Of a stretch of 64,000 nucleotides of DNA, positions 9,916 through 19,672 are shown piece after piece. How positions within the stretch are numbered: position 1 is the stretch's first letter; every line of letters starts with the position of its first letter. Origin of the DNA: Ignavibacteriota bacterium (GTDB taxonomy: Bacteria; Bacteroidota; Ignavibacteria; UBA10030); the NCBI GenBank assembly GCA_963701295.1, contig OY969585.1, positions 64,001 to 128,000 of the forward strand, given 5' to 3'. The translations under genes and the position numbers were made by a program. The notes below the pieces were generated by a model. That model ran no database searches, was not told where the DNA came from, and saw nothing but the letters and a program-made list of their open reading frames with translations.

Positions 9916-10896
9916 TCATTTGTGGATCTCATATTTATAGATTTGCTCCCCCTTCTCATTTACAAAGCTGAATCTCATAGTGCTTTGAGTTAATGAAACC
10001 ACTCCAAAGCCGAGAGAAGCAATACTATACTTGGTAAAAGGTGTTTGACCCACAGGCCTCGTTTCAGAGCCTCCGCCGCAGCCAAAATATTCAACAGTTG
10101 CGCTGTCTGGGCGTGAGTGTTGCAAGTCATGATCATGACCTGAGAAACAAGCATTGACATGATACTTTTCAAACAAAGGAACAAACGTGCGTTGAATTTC
10201 CAGTGTGCTGCCATGTGTAGAAGAGGCGGAGTATGCGGGATGATGGAAGAATATGAATTTCCACGTTGCCGTCGATGTGCTGAGCACGCTATCGCACCAT
10301 CTCAATTGCACAACTGTCTTTTGGCCCATCACATGATGTTTATCCTCTTTTTCATTAATGTATTCCTCAACAAGAGGAGAAGAGTCAAGAATCACAAAAA
10401 GGACTCGGGTTGAATCGTGAAGTTTCTTCGTGAAGCTAAAGTACCGTGCAGGTTCAACCCATCTCTTACTCGTCTTTGCATACTCAAGTTCCGCCTCGAC
10501 ATTGCCTTCATAATCATGGTTTCCGAGTGTGATGTACCATGGAATCATCAAAGATTCGTCAGCATATACTTTTTCAAAATTCACGTTCCAAAGCGGATCC
10601 GTGACACTTGATACACCCTTGCTATGAAAATTGTCGCCACACGTCACCACAAATGACGCTTTGATGTCTTTGGCTGTAACTCCGAATTGTTTCGCGACCT
10701 TGAGTTGGCCTGGAGTCTTCTTATTCGTGTCGTTGATTCCTTCTCTGCCCCAGTCACTGAGGATAAGGAAATTCAATGAACTTTTGCCAAGTGATAATTG
10801 ATTCGGATTCCCATTCAATGATTGAGATCGCAGCTTTACGAAGGACCCTAAAACTAGAATTATTAGAGTGAACGATAAAATACGTAATCGATTCAT
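9916..10896 (-). CDS. Secreted purple-acid-phosphatase/ACP5-like metallophosphatase
   Basis: SDWG, GDNFH, GNHDY, FHHP, GHDH motifs; AAGGAG RBS before ATG 10896; signal peptide. Confidence 0.88.
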   Translation of the reverse strand: MNRLRILSFTLIILVLGSFVKLRSQSLNGNPNQLSLGKSSLNFLILSDWGREGINDTNKKTPGQLKVAKQFGVTAKDIKASFVVTCGDNFHSKGVSSVTDPLWNVNFEKVYADESLMIPWYITLGNHDYEGNVEAELEYAKTSKRWVEPARYFSFTKKLHDSTRVLFVILDSSPLVEEYINEKEDKHHVMGQKTVVQLRWCDSVLSTSTATWKFIFFHHPAYSASSTHGSTLEIQRTFVPLFEKYHVNACFSGHDHDLQHSRPDSATVEYFGCGGGSETRPVGQTPFTKYSIASLGFGVVSLTQSTMRFSFVNEKGEQIYKYEIHK

Positions 10897-11011
10897 AACG
10901 TACTCCTTAATTGACAGTATGGAACAGATGAATAAACGGCGATGCAAACCTGTGCGGCAGCACCGCCGTTCAACATAGATGGAACAGGAACTTGTTTATA
11001 TCCAGTTCTGG

Positions 11012-12520
11012 TTATTTCAGCATCACCATACGACTGACGCTGCTCATCGAACCGGATTCTAGTTTATACATATAAACTCCTGATGCTAAGTTTGATCCAT
11101 AGAACTGCACGTTATGCGTTCCTGCAGTTTCCACTTCATCGACAAGCGTACGCACCAATTGTCCAAGAATATTAAACACTCTTAGTGTAACCTGTCCATT
11201 ATGTGGCAGAACATATTGGATAGTCGTTGTCGGGTTGAAAGGATTTGGATAGTTCTGTTTCAGCGCGAATGTGGCTGGGATGCTCGTGGGCGCATTGTCG
11301 ACACCGCTTGCTTTCATTACGCCAAGAGCACCCACGTCTGCGGCACCAGGAAGCTGTCCAGCGAATACTGGGTTTGTCCAGCTCGCAGGTGGCGTGTAGC
11401 CCTTGTTGGCATAAGTTGCGAGAAGATGATAATCATTATTGCTATCAAGTGAGTTGTAATCGTCCGCAAACCATGGGCTGTAACGGACAAACGGAGAGCC
11501 GGTATGGCCGATAAATTTATCGTTCGCTTGCTGCCGAGCAACACCATCCGGAGCATAGAAAACGTTCGTCATGCTCAAGCTGTCGGCGGAACCGAAGAAG
11601 AAATTGTTGTCGTAATGCACGCGCAGTGTATCCGCTGCCGTCGTGATCTCGATATCCTGGTTGTTGTCGCCAAAAATGTTATTATAGATTTCTGCGCGGG
11701 CGCTTACATCCACGAGAATGCCATATCCGGTTTCCCCGGTACGGCGCCAGCCGCTCGCAACGCACGTGTTGTTATGCACACATACATTCGTCAAGCGCGT
11801 GAGGCCGCTCTTATCCGAATTAATTTTGATAGCGCTTCCACCGGCTGCCCAGACGATATTATACGCTATCTCTCCATACGCGCCGCTCTTAATATTGAGG
11901 TTATCGCCATCCGGTGCACCGCAATATTTGCAGACATTTCGCAGAATGCTGAATGTGCCGCCATGAATGCCAATGGCATCATCAACGGTACCATTGATTA
12001 AATTATCCGTAAATATTGTCTGTGTTTGATTTTGATAATCCGAATAGACGTCTACCGTTCTATAGGCATGTCCGGCGAGATTGGTTCCACCTGCACAATA
12101 GATTTTCGTAAATTTCATGCTGAAGATTCCGCAAGAATCTGCCATGATACCACCCCATTGGCCCGGGCCGAGATTTCTGCGGTTAGCAGGAACCGTAACG
12201 ACGATGGGATTTGTTGAAGTGCCATCGAAATAGAACTTACCAAATGTAAACATTGCTCCGTTCACGCTTTGCATGATGATCGTATCACCCGCACTCACAT
12301 GAAGTGAATCACCCGGATTGACCACAATAGAATCTGTGATAACATAGGTTGTATTCGGAAGTGTCGTTCCATGAATGGGGCCAGAAAGCGGCCCTGATGT
12401 GATCGTTTGAGCATGCATAACGGCATGCCATGAAATTGCAACTATTATAAGAAGTGCAGACACATATCTTCCCATAGTAGTTTGTTGTAACGGTTTCAAA
12501 TTGTTTAGTAAAGCACTCAT
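11012..12520 (-). CDS. Secreted right-handed beta-helix protein with T9SS-type C-terminal sorting domain
   Basis: PGQWGGI, DDAIGIHGG and Asn-ladder repeats; C-terminal FALKQNYPNPFNPTTTI...NLASGVY; AAGGAG RBS. Confidence 0.82.
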   Translation of the reverse strand: MSALLNNLKPLQQTTMGRYVSALLIIVAISWHAVMHAQTITSGPLSGPIHGTTLPNTTYVITDSIVVNPGDSLHVSAGDTIIMQSVNGAMFTFGKFYFDGTSTNPIVVTVPANRRNLGPGQWGGIMADSCGIFSMKFTKIYCAGGTNLAGHAYRTVDVYSDYQNQTQTIFTDNLINGTVDDAIGIHGGTFSILRNVCKYCGAPDGDNLNIKSGAYGEIAYNIVWAAGGSAIKINSDKSGLTRLTNVCVHNNTCVASGWRRTGETGYGILVDVSARAEIYNNIFGDNNQDIEITTAADTLRVHYDNNFFFGSADSLSMTNVFYAPDGVARQQANDKFIGHTGSPFVRYSPWFADDYNSLDSNNDYHLLATYANKGYTPPASWTNPVFAGQLPGAADVGALGVMKASGVDNAPTSIPATFALKQNYPNPFNPTTTIQYVLPHNGQVTLRVFNILGQLVRTLVDEVETAGTHNVQFYGSNLASGVYMYKLESGSMSSVSRMVMLK

Positions 12521-12564
12521 AAAAAATACTCCTTTAGTAATTTGTGATATATTATTGAATTAGT

Positions 12565-15426
12565 TTATAAGCGAAAATTAATTCCAATGGTACCGTGAAG
12601 CCTATTGGTGTCTCTTTGAACAAACATAGTCGGATGTTTAATCAGCTCGCCGGATGGAATTTCTTGTACGACATGAGAATTCAATAAGTTTGAAAGCTTC
12701 AATGAAAGCTTGAGACCGGGAAGTATCTCCTGATCAGCAGCGCAATCCATATCGTCGACGGCATCTTCATATATGTCTAATGCATCATAATTATTGACAG
12801 CAACGAGCCGCCTGCCGGTATAATTATAGGATACACGTATACCAGTACCCCATTGCGCATTCTCATAAGAAAGAGTAGCATTCGCTAAAACCGGTGATTG
12901 AGATTGAAGCGGACGAGTGCGCTTGAAATAGACGGTAAATTGGTCGCCAGTGTTCTGATTTATCGTATCGCAATAGACTTGATCGGTGATGCGTGAATAG
13001 ACATATGTATAATTTCCGGATATCCCAAAGTTTTCGAGGTGCACGAGAGCAGATACTTCTGCACCATAAACATCCGCCGGATTGCCGTTACCTTTTGTTA
13101 TGGTTGATATATTAGTCCCATATACTTCATCCTCAATTGGATCAATGATGCGTTTTGCATAAACACCAATAGAGAACTGATTTGTGGTAGAAGTAACATA
13201 CTCATATTGCAAGTCGATATTGGTTGAGCGTGCGGCTCTCAGGTTGGGATTGCCTTGAGTTGAAGTATTGTCTCCCTTATCCTGTGCCGGAACAAGATCA
13301 AAATAACTTGGACGGCTCATTGTCCGAGTGACAGAAAAACGAATAATATTTTCTGGATCGAGAGCGTAGCGGATGTGCATACTCGGCATTAAATCGACAA
13401 ATATCACGGTATCTTGAGTTGGACCTGAAATTGGGCCTTGCGTGATGGGAGCCGCTGTCCAGTACACGTCATGCGCCTGTTCCCAACGAACGCCGGTAAG
13501 AACCTGCAGTGAACCTATGTTAAAAGCATATTCGGCATAACCCGACCAAAGACCTTCCTGTGCTTTGTAATTCTGATAGCCAAAAACAGGATTCCCAGCA
13601 CTGCCAACCACGAAAACCTGCACACTGTCTATTTCTGTGAAGGTTTGTGTCCTTCCATTTTTCTGGATTATCGGGTTTAATAAAAAATCATCCTGGAAGT
13701 TTACGCGATTAAGCGCCTGATAGCTTGCACCGGTTTGAATAGTATGTGTACCATCTTCTGTCAACTTCCAGGAAATATCCACTTTCGTAAGATATTGTTT
13801 GTCGTTATTCTTTCGCCATGAATGAAAAATACTGCCGAATCCGTATGTAGATGGAAGATTTCCATACTTGTCGTAGGATTGCAGCAACGTATATTCCGCA
13901 TCATCCGGACGATCCTGGATTGCATCTGAATAATTCGCGACCCATCGAAGTGAGATGGAGGATAATGTAAAATGTTCACCTGAGAGAGAATAATTCGCTA
14001 TGGTCTGTATGTTCAGTGCTGAGCGGTAGGAAGTTGTAACGGATGCTGCCCCCCTTTCACCGTTAAGAGTTGATGAAATACCATGCAAGGTCAAATCTTG
14101 AACCTGATTGACATAAATGAATGTCGCTGCAAGCTGCTGATCGATATCCATAATATAGTCGGCCTTGACTGTCGCTCCGTCGCGCATCTTGTGTATCCCG
14201 TACGTTCGATTATCCAGTGTCTGATTGTATGGTATATAATTGCTACTAAATTGCTTATCAACCGTGTAAACCTGTGTCTCGGTCACATTGTAAGTGTTTT
14301 GATAACTTCCGGCGGCAATAATACCGAATTGCTTATCAAAGAATCGATTGCCGATGACGAGGGAGTATATTCCATCCGGTGGTGCGGTCTTATTTGTAAA
14401 TTTGAGATCGTTGACTGTAAAATCAGATGGACTTGCTATATAGCGATGTGCAAGCAGCGTTGTCGGATCAGATTCGCTTACCGTACCGTGGAGCCGGTCA
14501 GGATCAAGTTCAGGGACCGTACTCGGATCGAACGACGTTATCGTGCCATGAATGAGTGAAGAGCTGTAGCCCGTAGCAGCACTCGCATTGAGAACGAGAG
14601 TTTCCGGAGCACTGCGAAAAATGAGGTCGGTCGTTCCTCCAATAGCATCGCCAGGAAGATCAGGCGTTAGGGCTTTCGTTACATCGATACGTTCGAAAAG
14701 GGCGGAGGGAAAGATGTCGAGAGGAACGAATCTGTCCTTTGATTCGGGACTTGGAATTTTGATTCCGTCCACCAGCGTGTTGTTGTACTGCTGTTCCAAT
14801 CCTCGCATAACGACATAGCGTCCTTCTCCGTTATCCTTTATGAGCGAGAGCCCGGAGATACGCTGGAGTACTTCGGCTGCGGTTCTATCAGTGGAGCGTT
14901 CGATGGTCTGAGCCGTTATAATATTGATGATATTGTTAGATTCGAACTCGCTACGAATTCCAGAGGATTCGAGCTCGCGGTTTGCCCTTCCACGGATGAC
15001 GACATCTGAGACGCTCATAGGACTTTCCTTGATGATGATCTCAAGAAACACTTCAGAAGTGTCATCCGGAACAATCACATTCTTGTCTTCATAGGGAGCG
15101 TATCCGAGCATGCTGACACGGATCGTGTATGTTCCTGCAAACATCGACACAAAAAAATCACCTGAAGCATTCGTAACAGCTCCCATCCCTGTTCCAGGTA
15201 ACGAGACATTTGCTCCTACGATGGGTTCTTTTGTTCCTTTCGCGCGTATAGTGCCGCGGATTGTGCCGGCATAAACACCACCGAAGCAGAGTGCAGTAAA
15301 TATAAATGCAGTAATCAAGCGAATTATTATTTGTGCATCCAATGTGTAATAAGTCAGATGAGTGCGGTTTCCAATCCAGGCATAGTTTCCAGATACTTCG
15401 CCGAGAGAATGTGATGATATCATCAT
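12565..15426 (-). CDS. TonB-dependent outer-membrane receptor
   Basis: Carboxypeptidase-regulatory-like N-domain, plug EGRYVVMRGL...IDVTKALTPDLPGDAIGG, GNPNL, terminal INFRL; true start may be TTG ~15342. Confidence 0.92.
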   Translation of the reverse strand: MMISSHSLGEVSGNYAWIGNRTHLTYYTLDAQIIIRLITAFIFTALCFGGVYAGTIRGTIRAKGTKEPIVGANVSLPGTGMGAVTNASGDFFVSMFAGTYTIRVSMLGYAPYEDKNVIVPDDTSEVFLEIIIKESPMSVSDVVIRGRANRELESSGIRSEFESNNIINIITAQTIERSTDRTAAEVLQRISGLSLIKDNGEGRYVVMRGLEQQYNNTLVDGIKIPSPESKDRFVPLDIFPSALFERIDVTKALTPDLPGDAIGGTTDLIFRSAPETLVLNASAATGYSSSLIHGTITSFDPSTVPELDPDRLHGTVSESDPTTLLAHRYIASPSDFTVNDLKFTNKTAPPDGIYSLVIGNRFFDKQFGIIAAGSYQNTYNVTETQVYTVDKQFSSNYIPYNQTLDNRTYGIHKMRDGATVKADYIMDIDQQLAATFIYVNQVQDLTLHGISSTLNGERGAASVTTSYRSALNIQTIANYSLSGEHFTLSSISLRWVANYSDAIQDRPDDAEYTLLQSYDKYGNLPSTYGFGSIFHSWRKNNDKQYLTKVDISWKLTEDGTHTIQTGASYQALNRVNFQDDFLLNPIIQKNGRTQTFTEIDSVQVFVVGSAGNPVFGYQNYKAQEGLWSGYAEYAFNIGSLQVLTGVRWEQAHDVYWTAAPITQGPISGPTQDTVIFVDLMPSMHIRYALDPENIIRFSVTRTMSRPSYFDLVPAQDKGDNTSTQGNPNLRAARSTNIDLQYEYVTSTTNQFSIGVYAKRIIDPIEDEVYGTNISTITKGNGNPADVYGAEVSALVHLENFGISGNYTYVYSRITDQVYCDTINQNTGDQFTVYFKRTRPLQSQSPVLANATLSYENAQWGTGIRVSYNYTGRRLVAVNNYDALDIYEDAVDDMDCAADQEILPGLKLSLKLSNLLNSHVVQEIPSGELIKHPTMFVQRDTNRLHGTIGINFRL

Positions 15427-15779
15427 GAGAGTGTCAACTTGCCTTTATGAACAGCCATTGTTGATGAGAAAGTCCAGGCAAATGATTCAATAGAAAAAAG
15501 AAGAAGGAGTGTTGTGACTCCAACATTGAGAGAAGAGAACCGATATGTGATATTCCCGATAGAAAATCTCGCAGCATTCTTGAAAACAAAAATTTTTATC
15601 AACTGAAGTATTACAACGGAACATAGCAGAAACGTAAGATGAATACAGGTCATAAATGAACGGAGCCTCAAGACAAAACAAAAAAATGACGGTGCTTAAT
15701 TTTGTGATTCTCACTCTCCAAAGCAGTAAACGCAAACCAGACGGGAATGGAGGAAAAGAAACGAACAAAAGACGTTATC

Positions 15780-15833
15780 AATATAAACCTGCGACGTTAC
15801 AGCAGTACTATGAGAAGGTTATCTGATTGTAAC
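15780..15833 (-). promoter_or_regulatory. Pho-box-like array plus -10-like hexamer for the TonB receptor locus
   Basis: Minus GTTAC(15833) ATAAC(15822) ATAGT(15811) GTAAC(15800); TATATT begins 15 nt after start of last repeat (15785). Confidence 0.65.
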
Positions 15834-16115
15834 TTGTGCGCGAAAAAAATCAAAGTGGGGCTGGGCTCGGGCTGAATGGAGCGATCTGCTCTCAACTATT
15901 ATGTGGCAATGAGTAATTTAGTTTTTAATTCAACCATCCGCATTCTAAGGCGCATATACTTTTTTTAGTTATACAATTTTTGAAGGTAACTTTTACATAA
16001 CGCCATTTTCAAAGAGATAAGCACGAGTTCCTATAAAGGTTTTCTTATTTCGATCAAGACAAACAACGCTTGATGAGCAATACCGTCAGGTCGAACGGCT
16101 GGTGGGTTAGCTTTG

Positions 16116-16490
16116 TCACATTTTAAGAAATTTTTCAATAAATAATGGAGTAAGTACACTTCCATATGACCCAATAATATTATTGTCAGGTATATTCCAG
16201 TCGGGAAACCGTCGCCTTAGTGCATCTGCAACGCGGTGTGGAATCTCAACACCATGACTTCGATCATGTGCAGTTCCATCCTTATTGATTGCAATAATCT
16301 GATTTTGCCTATTATAAATGTGCAAATGTGTCATACCGGCAGGAATATAAGGACGATGTAAGATTAGTGAATATGGTCCTATGATTGGTTGACCATTTTG
16401 TCCTGCTTCATAAAGACGATTCTCTGTGTTGACATCAGAGAAATAAATCCAGATTGTGTATTGTTCAATCCTAATGGACGCCCATTTCAT
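16116..16490 (-). CDS. Hypothetical His-rich protein, gene-cassette-like
   Basis: ORF with THLHIY and INKDGTAHDRSHG motifs; flanked by degenerate integron core/inverse-core-like sites. Confidence 0.6.
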   Translation of the reverse strand: MKWASIRIEQYTIWIYFSDVNTENRLYEAGQNGQPIIGPYSLILHRPYIPAGMTHLHIYNRQNQIIAINKDGTAHDRSHGVEIPHRVADALRRRFPDWNIPDNNIIGSYGSVLTPLFIEKFLKM

Positions 16491-16919
16491 AGATATTGTT
16501 TCCTGTAACGCCACCAGATAAACCGTGATCAAGCTCCACCGGGAATAGAAAGGAAACGCATTCTTGCTTTCACTTAAGCATCGGGCAGCGGACTGAATCG
16601 TTTAGTGAAAACCTGCAGCAGTAATAGTATCCGTGCGAGTACATCCAGCAGCATGCCGATGAAGGAGGGACTCGGCAGAGGCAGCATCATCCACTCAATG
16701 CGGATTTTCGAGAAATCAACCTGCTGGATGACACGCACAGATATTTCTTTCTGAAGTTCACACACGTTTATTCTGATGCCATATGGCATACACAATCCGA
16801 ATGCAAGAAGTACATCCTAATAAAATGATGATTGATATAAGAAGCACTTGTGCATGAAGATTCTTGTATAAGATAGATATTTGTTGTTACTTGAAAATTA
16901 TTAATAGATTATAAAGTTG

Positions 16920-18716
16920 TTACATAGAAAAAACGGCCGGCTTCGTTATAGTCCGCCCCGGATAATAGAGAACAGAGGCATATTGCCCGATATAGCGTTC
17001 ATACTTTTCGTGTGTTAAATGCGCAAGATCTAATTGAAAGAACCCGTCGATACATAATCCAAACCCTTCATCGATACCAAAATCGCAGAACCGCACTCCC
17101 TCCGGCGAACAGAGTTCCGAATATTGCCGTATGAGTGTAGGGATGGATACACCGATAGCACGCAAGCGCAGCTTCAATTTGTTTAAATCTTCCCGGTACG
17201 ATGTTCCGCAGAAATATTCCTGCAGTGCTGCCTGCCTTTCTTCAGGAATACGATAACGGTGTACTGAGGTCACATACCCTTCCGGCGCACCGTACCATTT
17301 GGAGCAGACATGCACCATTGCTTCCTTTGCCTCCGCAGTATAAGTTCCGCTGATGGAAACCGGTCCATAGAGATATTTCACCGTTGGTTCATTGGCGATC
17401 ACAGTACCGATTCCTGCCCACAAATATTCGAGAGCATGCGAATTCCAATATGGCCGTTGAATGAAACTGCGCCCCATTTCCACTGCAGAAGGAAGCAGTT
17501 TGAGAAACTCTTCAGAGAAATGAAAAAGAGACGAAGTATACAACCCTTGTATGCCATGCTTCGGCAGAATTTCATCGCAGAATCCAAGTCGATAGGCGCC
17601 GATAATTTCCAGCTCTTCATCATCCCATAACAGCAGGTGCCGATAATATTGGTCGTATCTGTCAATATCGAGCCGCTTTCCTGTTCCTTCGCCGACATGC
17701 CTGAATGTTACTTCTCGCAACCGGGCAATTTCGCGAACGACGAAAGGCGATTCTTTGGCAGTGACAAGGAATAATTTTCTATTAGGCATCGGCGATCCTA
17801 AATATATCGCAGCATTGAGTTCCCGCCGAAGTACCCGCCATTCGATAGGCCGCGCAATGCCCCTCTCTGTTTTGAAAGGTCCTTTTCGCCCAAAGGGTAA
17901 TGATTCAACTTGTTTGCGCATGAGTTTTGTTGCACCTTTAGGATGAAGATGGATAAATGCATCGGAAGGAATTAATTCGCCAACACGTAAGCGAATAGGT
18001 TCTTGATTTTTACGCAGCATTTCATGCGGCAATAAGAGGGTGGAAGCCTTCTTTGAAATGACAGAAACACCATAAAAGAGCGGAGAATTTTTTGCACCGA
18101 CATGTATCGGCAAAATAGGAGCTTTATGCCGCTGGGCAAAACGCATTGCACCTGTATGCCAATATGCATCGGTAATACCGCGCAACGATATACGCGATAC
18201 TTCTGCAGCGGGGAAAAAAACCACAGCTTCATCATGCTCTAATGCTTGGTCAATCCGACGAATGTTTGAACGGGTGTTTGAACCGGAAAACACATCGATG
18301 GGAAGAAACAAATCTGCTAGATTATCCAGCGCAAGCAGGATATTGTTCGCAACGACACGAACATCTGGACGGACTTCATGGATGGCTTTAAGAATTACCA
18401 ATCCGTCCAGCGCACCTAATGGATGGTTGCTGACGCATACCACTTTGCCTGTTACCGGTATTCTTTCCATCTCACGCGATGAGACGAGGAATGAAACTTC
18501 AAGTGCATCGAATAAATCATCGATCGAATTAAATCCGCGAACGCCGCGATGGTTACGCAAGAACTCTTCCATCCTGTCCATCGATAAAAGGCGGCGGAAG
18601 AATTGAACAATTGTCGACTGAATAGCTACTGGAAGTCTATGCCAATATAAAGGTGCATATCGTGCAAGGATCGCTTCGAGATCAATGTGAGCATCTTGAT
18701 GGGCAGCCTGTACCAA
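16920..18716 (-). CDS. olsF: Bifunctional acyltransferase (PlsC-like + GNAT), OlsF-like ornithine/amino-lipid synthase
   Basis: N-domain NHPLGALD (HxxxxD) and FFPAAEVSR; C-domain RLREVTFR...GEGTGK...DIDRYD...IIGAYR...EMGRSF; TTG 18716 follows GAAAGGA. Confidence 0.8.
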   Translation of the reverse strand: MVQAAHQDAHIDLEAILARYAPLYWHRLPVAIQSTIVQFFRRLLSMDRMEEFLRNHRGVRGFNSIDDLFDALEVSFLVSSREMERIPVTGKVVCVSNHPLGALDGLVILKAIHEVRPDVRVVANNILLALDNLADLFLPIDVFSGSNTRSNIRRIDQALEHDEAVVFFPAAEVSRISLRGITDAYWHTGAMRFAQRHKAPILPIHVGAKNSPLFYGVSVISKKASTLLLPHEMLRKNQEPIRLRVGELIPSDAFIHLHPKGATKLMRKQVESLPFGRKGPFKTERGIARPIEWRVLRRELNAAIYLGSPMPNRKLFLVTAKESPFVVREIARLREVTFRHVGEGTGKRLDIDRYDQYYRHLLLWDDEELEIIGAYRLGFCDEILPKHGIQGLYTSSLFHFSEEFLKLLPSAVEMGRSFIQRPYWNSHALEYLWAGIGTVIANEPTVKYLYGPVSISGTYTAEAKEAMVHVCSKWYGAPEGYVTSVHRYRIPEERQAALQEYFCGTSYREDLNKLKLRLRAIGVSIPTLIRQYSELCSPEGVRFCDFGIDEGFGLCIDGFFQLDLAHLTHEKYERYIGQYASVLYYPGRTITKPAVFSM

Positions 18717-18745
18717 TCCATTTCCTTTCTCATAAATGATGCAAC

Positions 18746-18799
18746 AAGATAGTGTTCTCATATTACGGTGTGATTAGAAAGTCATTAGCGAATCGTAAA
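18746..18799 (-). promoter_or_regulatory. Pho-box-like array plus -10-like hexamer for olsF-like gene
   Basis: Minus TTTAC(18799) CTAAT(18788) CTAAT(18777) GTAAT(18766); TATCTT begins 15 nt after last repeat (18751). Confidence 0.65.
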
Positions 18800-18827
18800 A
18801 ACTATTAGCTTAATAGTTTTCAAATTG

Positions 18828-18870
18828 GTAATTCTTCCATGATACTCCCTTAACATCTGCATGGCATATT
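18828..18870 (+). promoter_or_regulatory. Pho-box-like array plus -10-like hexamer for PAP2 gene
   Basis: GTAAT(18828) ATGAT(18839) TTAAC(18850); CATATT at 18865 (15 nt rule). Confidence 0.7.
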
Positions 18871-18928
18871 ATCGATACCATGGTGTTAGAGAATTAATCC
18901 TTCATTGTAACTATTTCAGGGTTGGGTA

Positions 18929-19642
18929 GTGGTTTCAAGAAACTCTGCTTGCAGAGAACATAATCAATCAAGACAAACACTTTTGCAAAGAATTGTTCAG
19001 CAGGTAAGGTACAGTTCACCGTTTATTGAATGGATGTGTGCATTCATTCTTTTCGGCGGTCTCACCCTCCTTTTTTTCTCTAAAGCATCCATTCATCTTT
19101 TTGTAAATCAATTCCACTCTGCCTTTCTCGATGTCTTTTTCACATATGCAACTTTTATGGGAGACGGTATTAGCGCAACGATTCTGGTTATTATTCTCTG
19201 CTTTGTCAGATTTCGGTATGCAATCATAATAGCAGTAAGCAATATCCTTTGTTCCATTATTGTCCAATCGCTGAAGCGATTGTTCTTCTTCGATTCAGTC
19301 CGCCCATACCAATTCTTCAAAGGTATTCACGATTTGCACCTCGTACCTGGTGTCGAAGTCTATTCCTTCAATAGTTTTCCATCAGGACACAGCGGCACAA
19401 TATTTACCACCTGTATGCTTTTATGTCTGATGACAAAACAACGACTGTTGCGGGTACTTTTATTCCATATAGCATTACTTATTGCATTCTCTCGCGTCTA
19501 TTTGTCGCAACATTTTTTTGAAGATATTTATGCAGGTGCCATTATTGGTGTGGTTGTTGCCTATAGTACAGCAACATGCCTTAACAAAGAAAGTGACACT
19601 CCAGCTTGGTTTGAGTATTCGTTAGCAACGATACTGGAATAG
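18929..19642 (+). CDS. PAP2-family membrane phosphatase
   Basis: K...RP, FPSGH, SRVYLSQHF motifs; multiple TM helices; start uncertain. Confidence 0.88.
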   Translation: MVSRNSACREHNQSRQTLLQRIVQQVRYSSPFIEWMCAFILFGGLTLLFFSKASIHLFVNQFHSAFLDVFFTYATFMGDGISATILVIILCFVRFRYAIIIAVSNILCSIIVQSLKRLFFFDSVRPYQFFKGIHDLHLVPGVEVYSFNSFPSGHSGTIFTTCMLLCLMTKQRLLRVLLFHIALLIAFSRVYLSQHFFEDIYAGAIIGVVVAYSTATCLNKESDTPAWFEYSLATILE

Positions 19643-19672
19643 TTGATCTGAAATACAAAGAACCGTCTATTC

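Noticed and set aside
16574-16795. 73-aa ORF downstream of olsF
   Set aside because: TTG start without RBS and no recognisable features; may be a remnant
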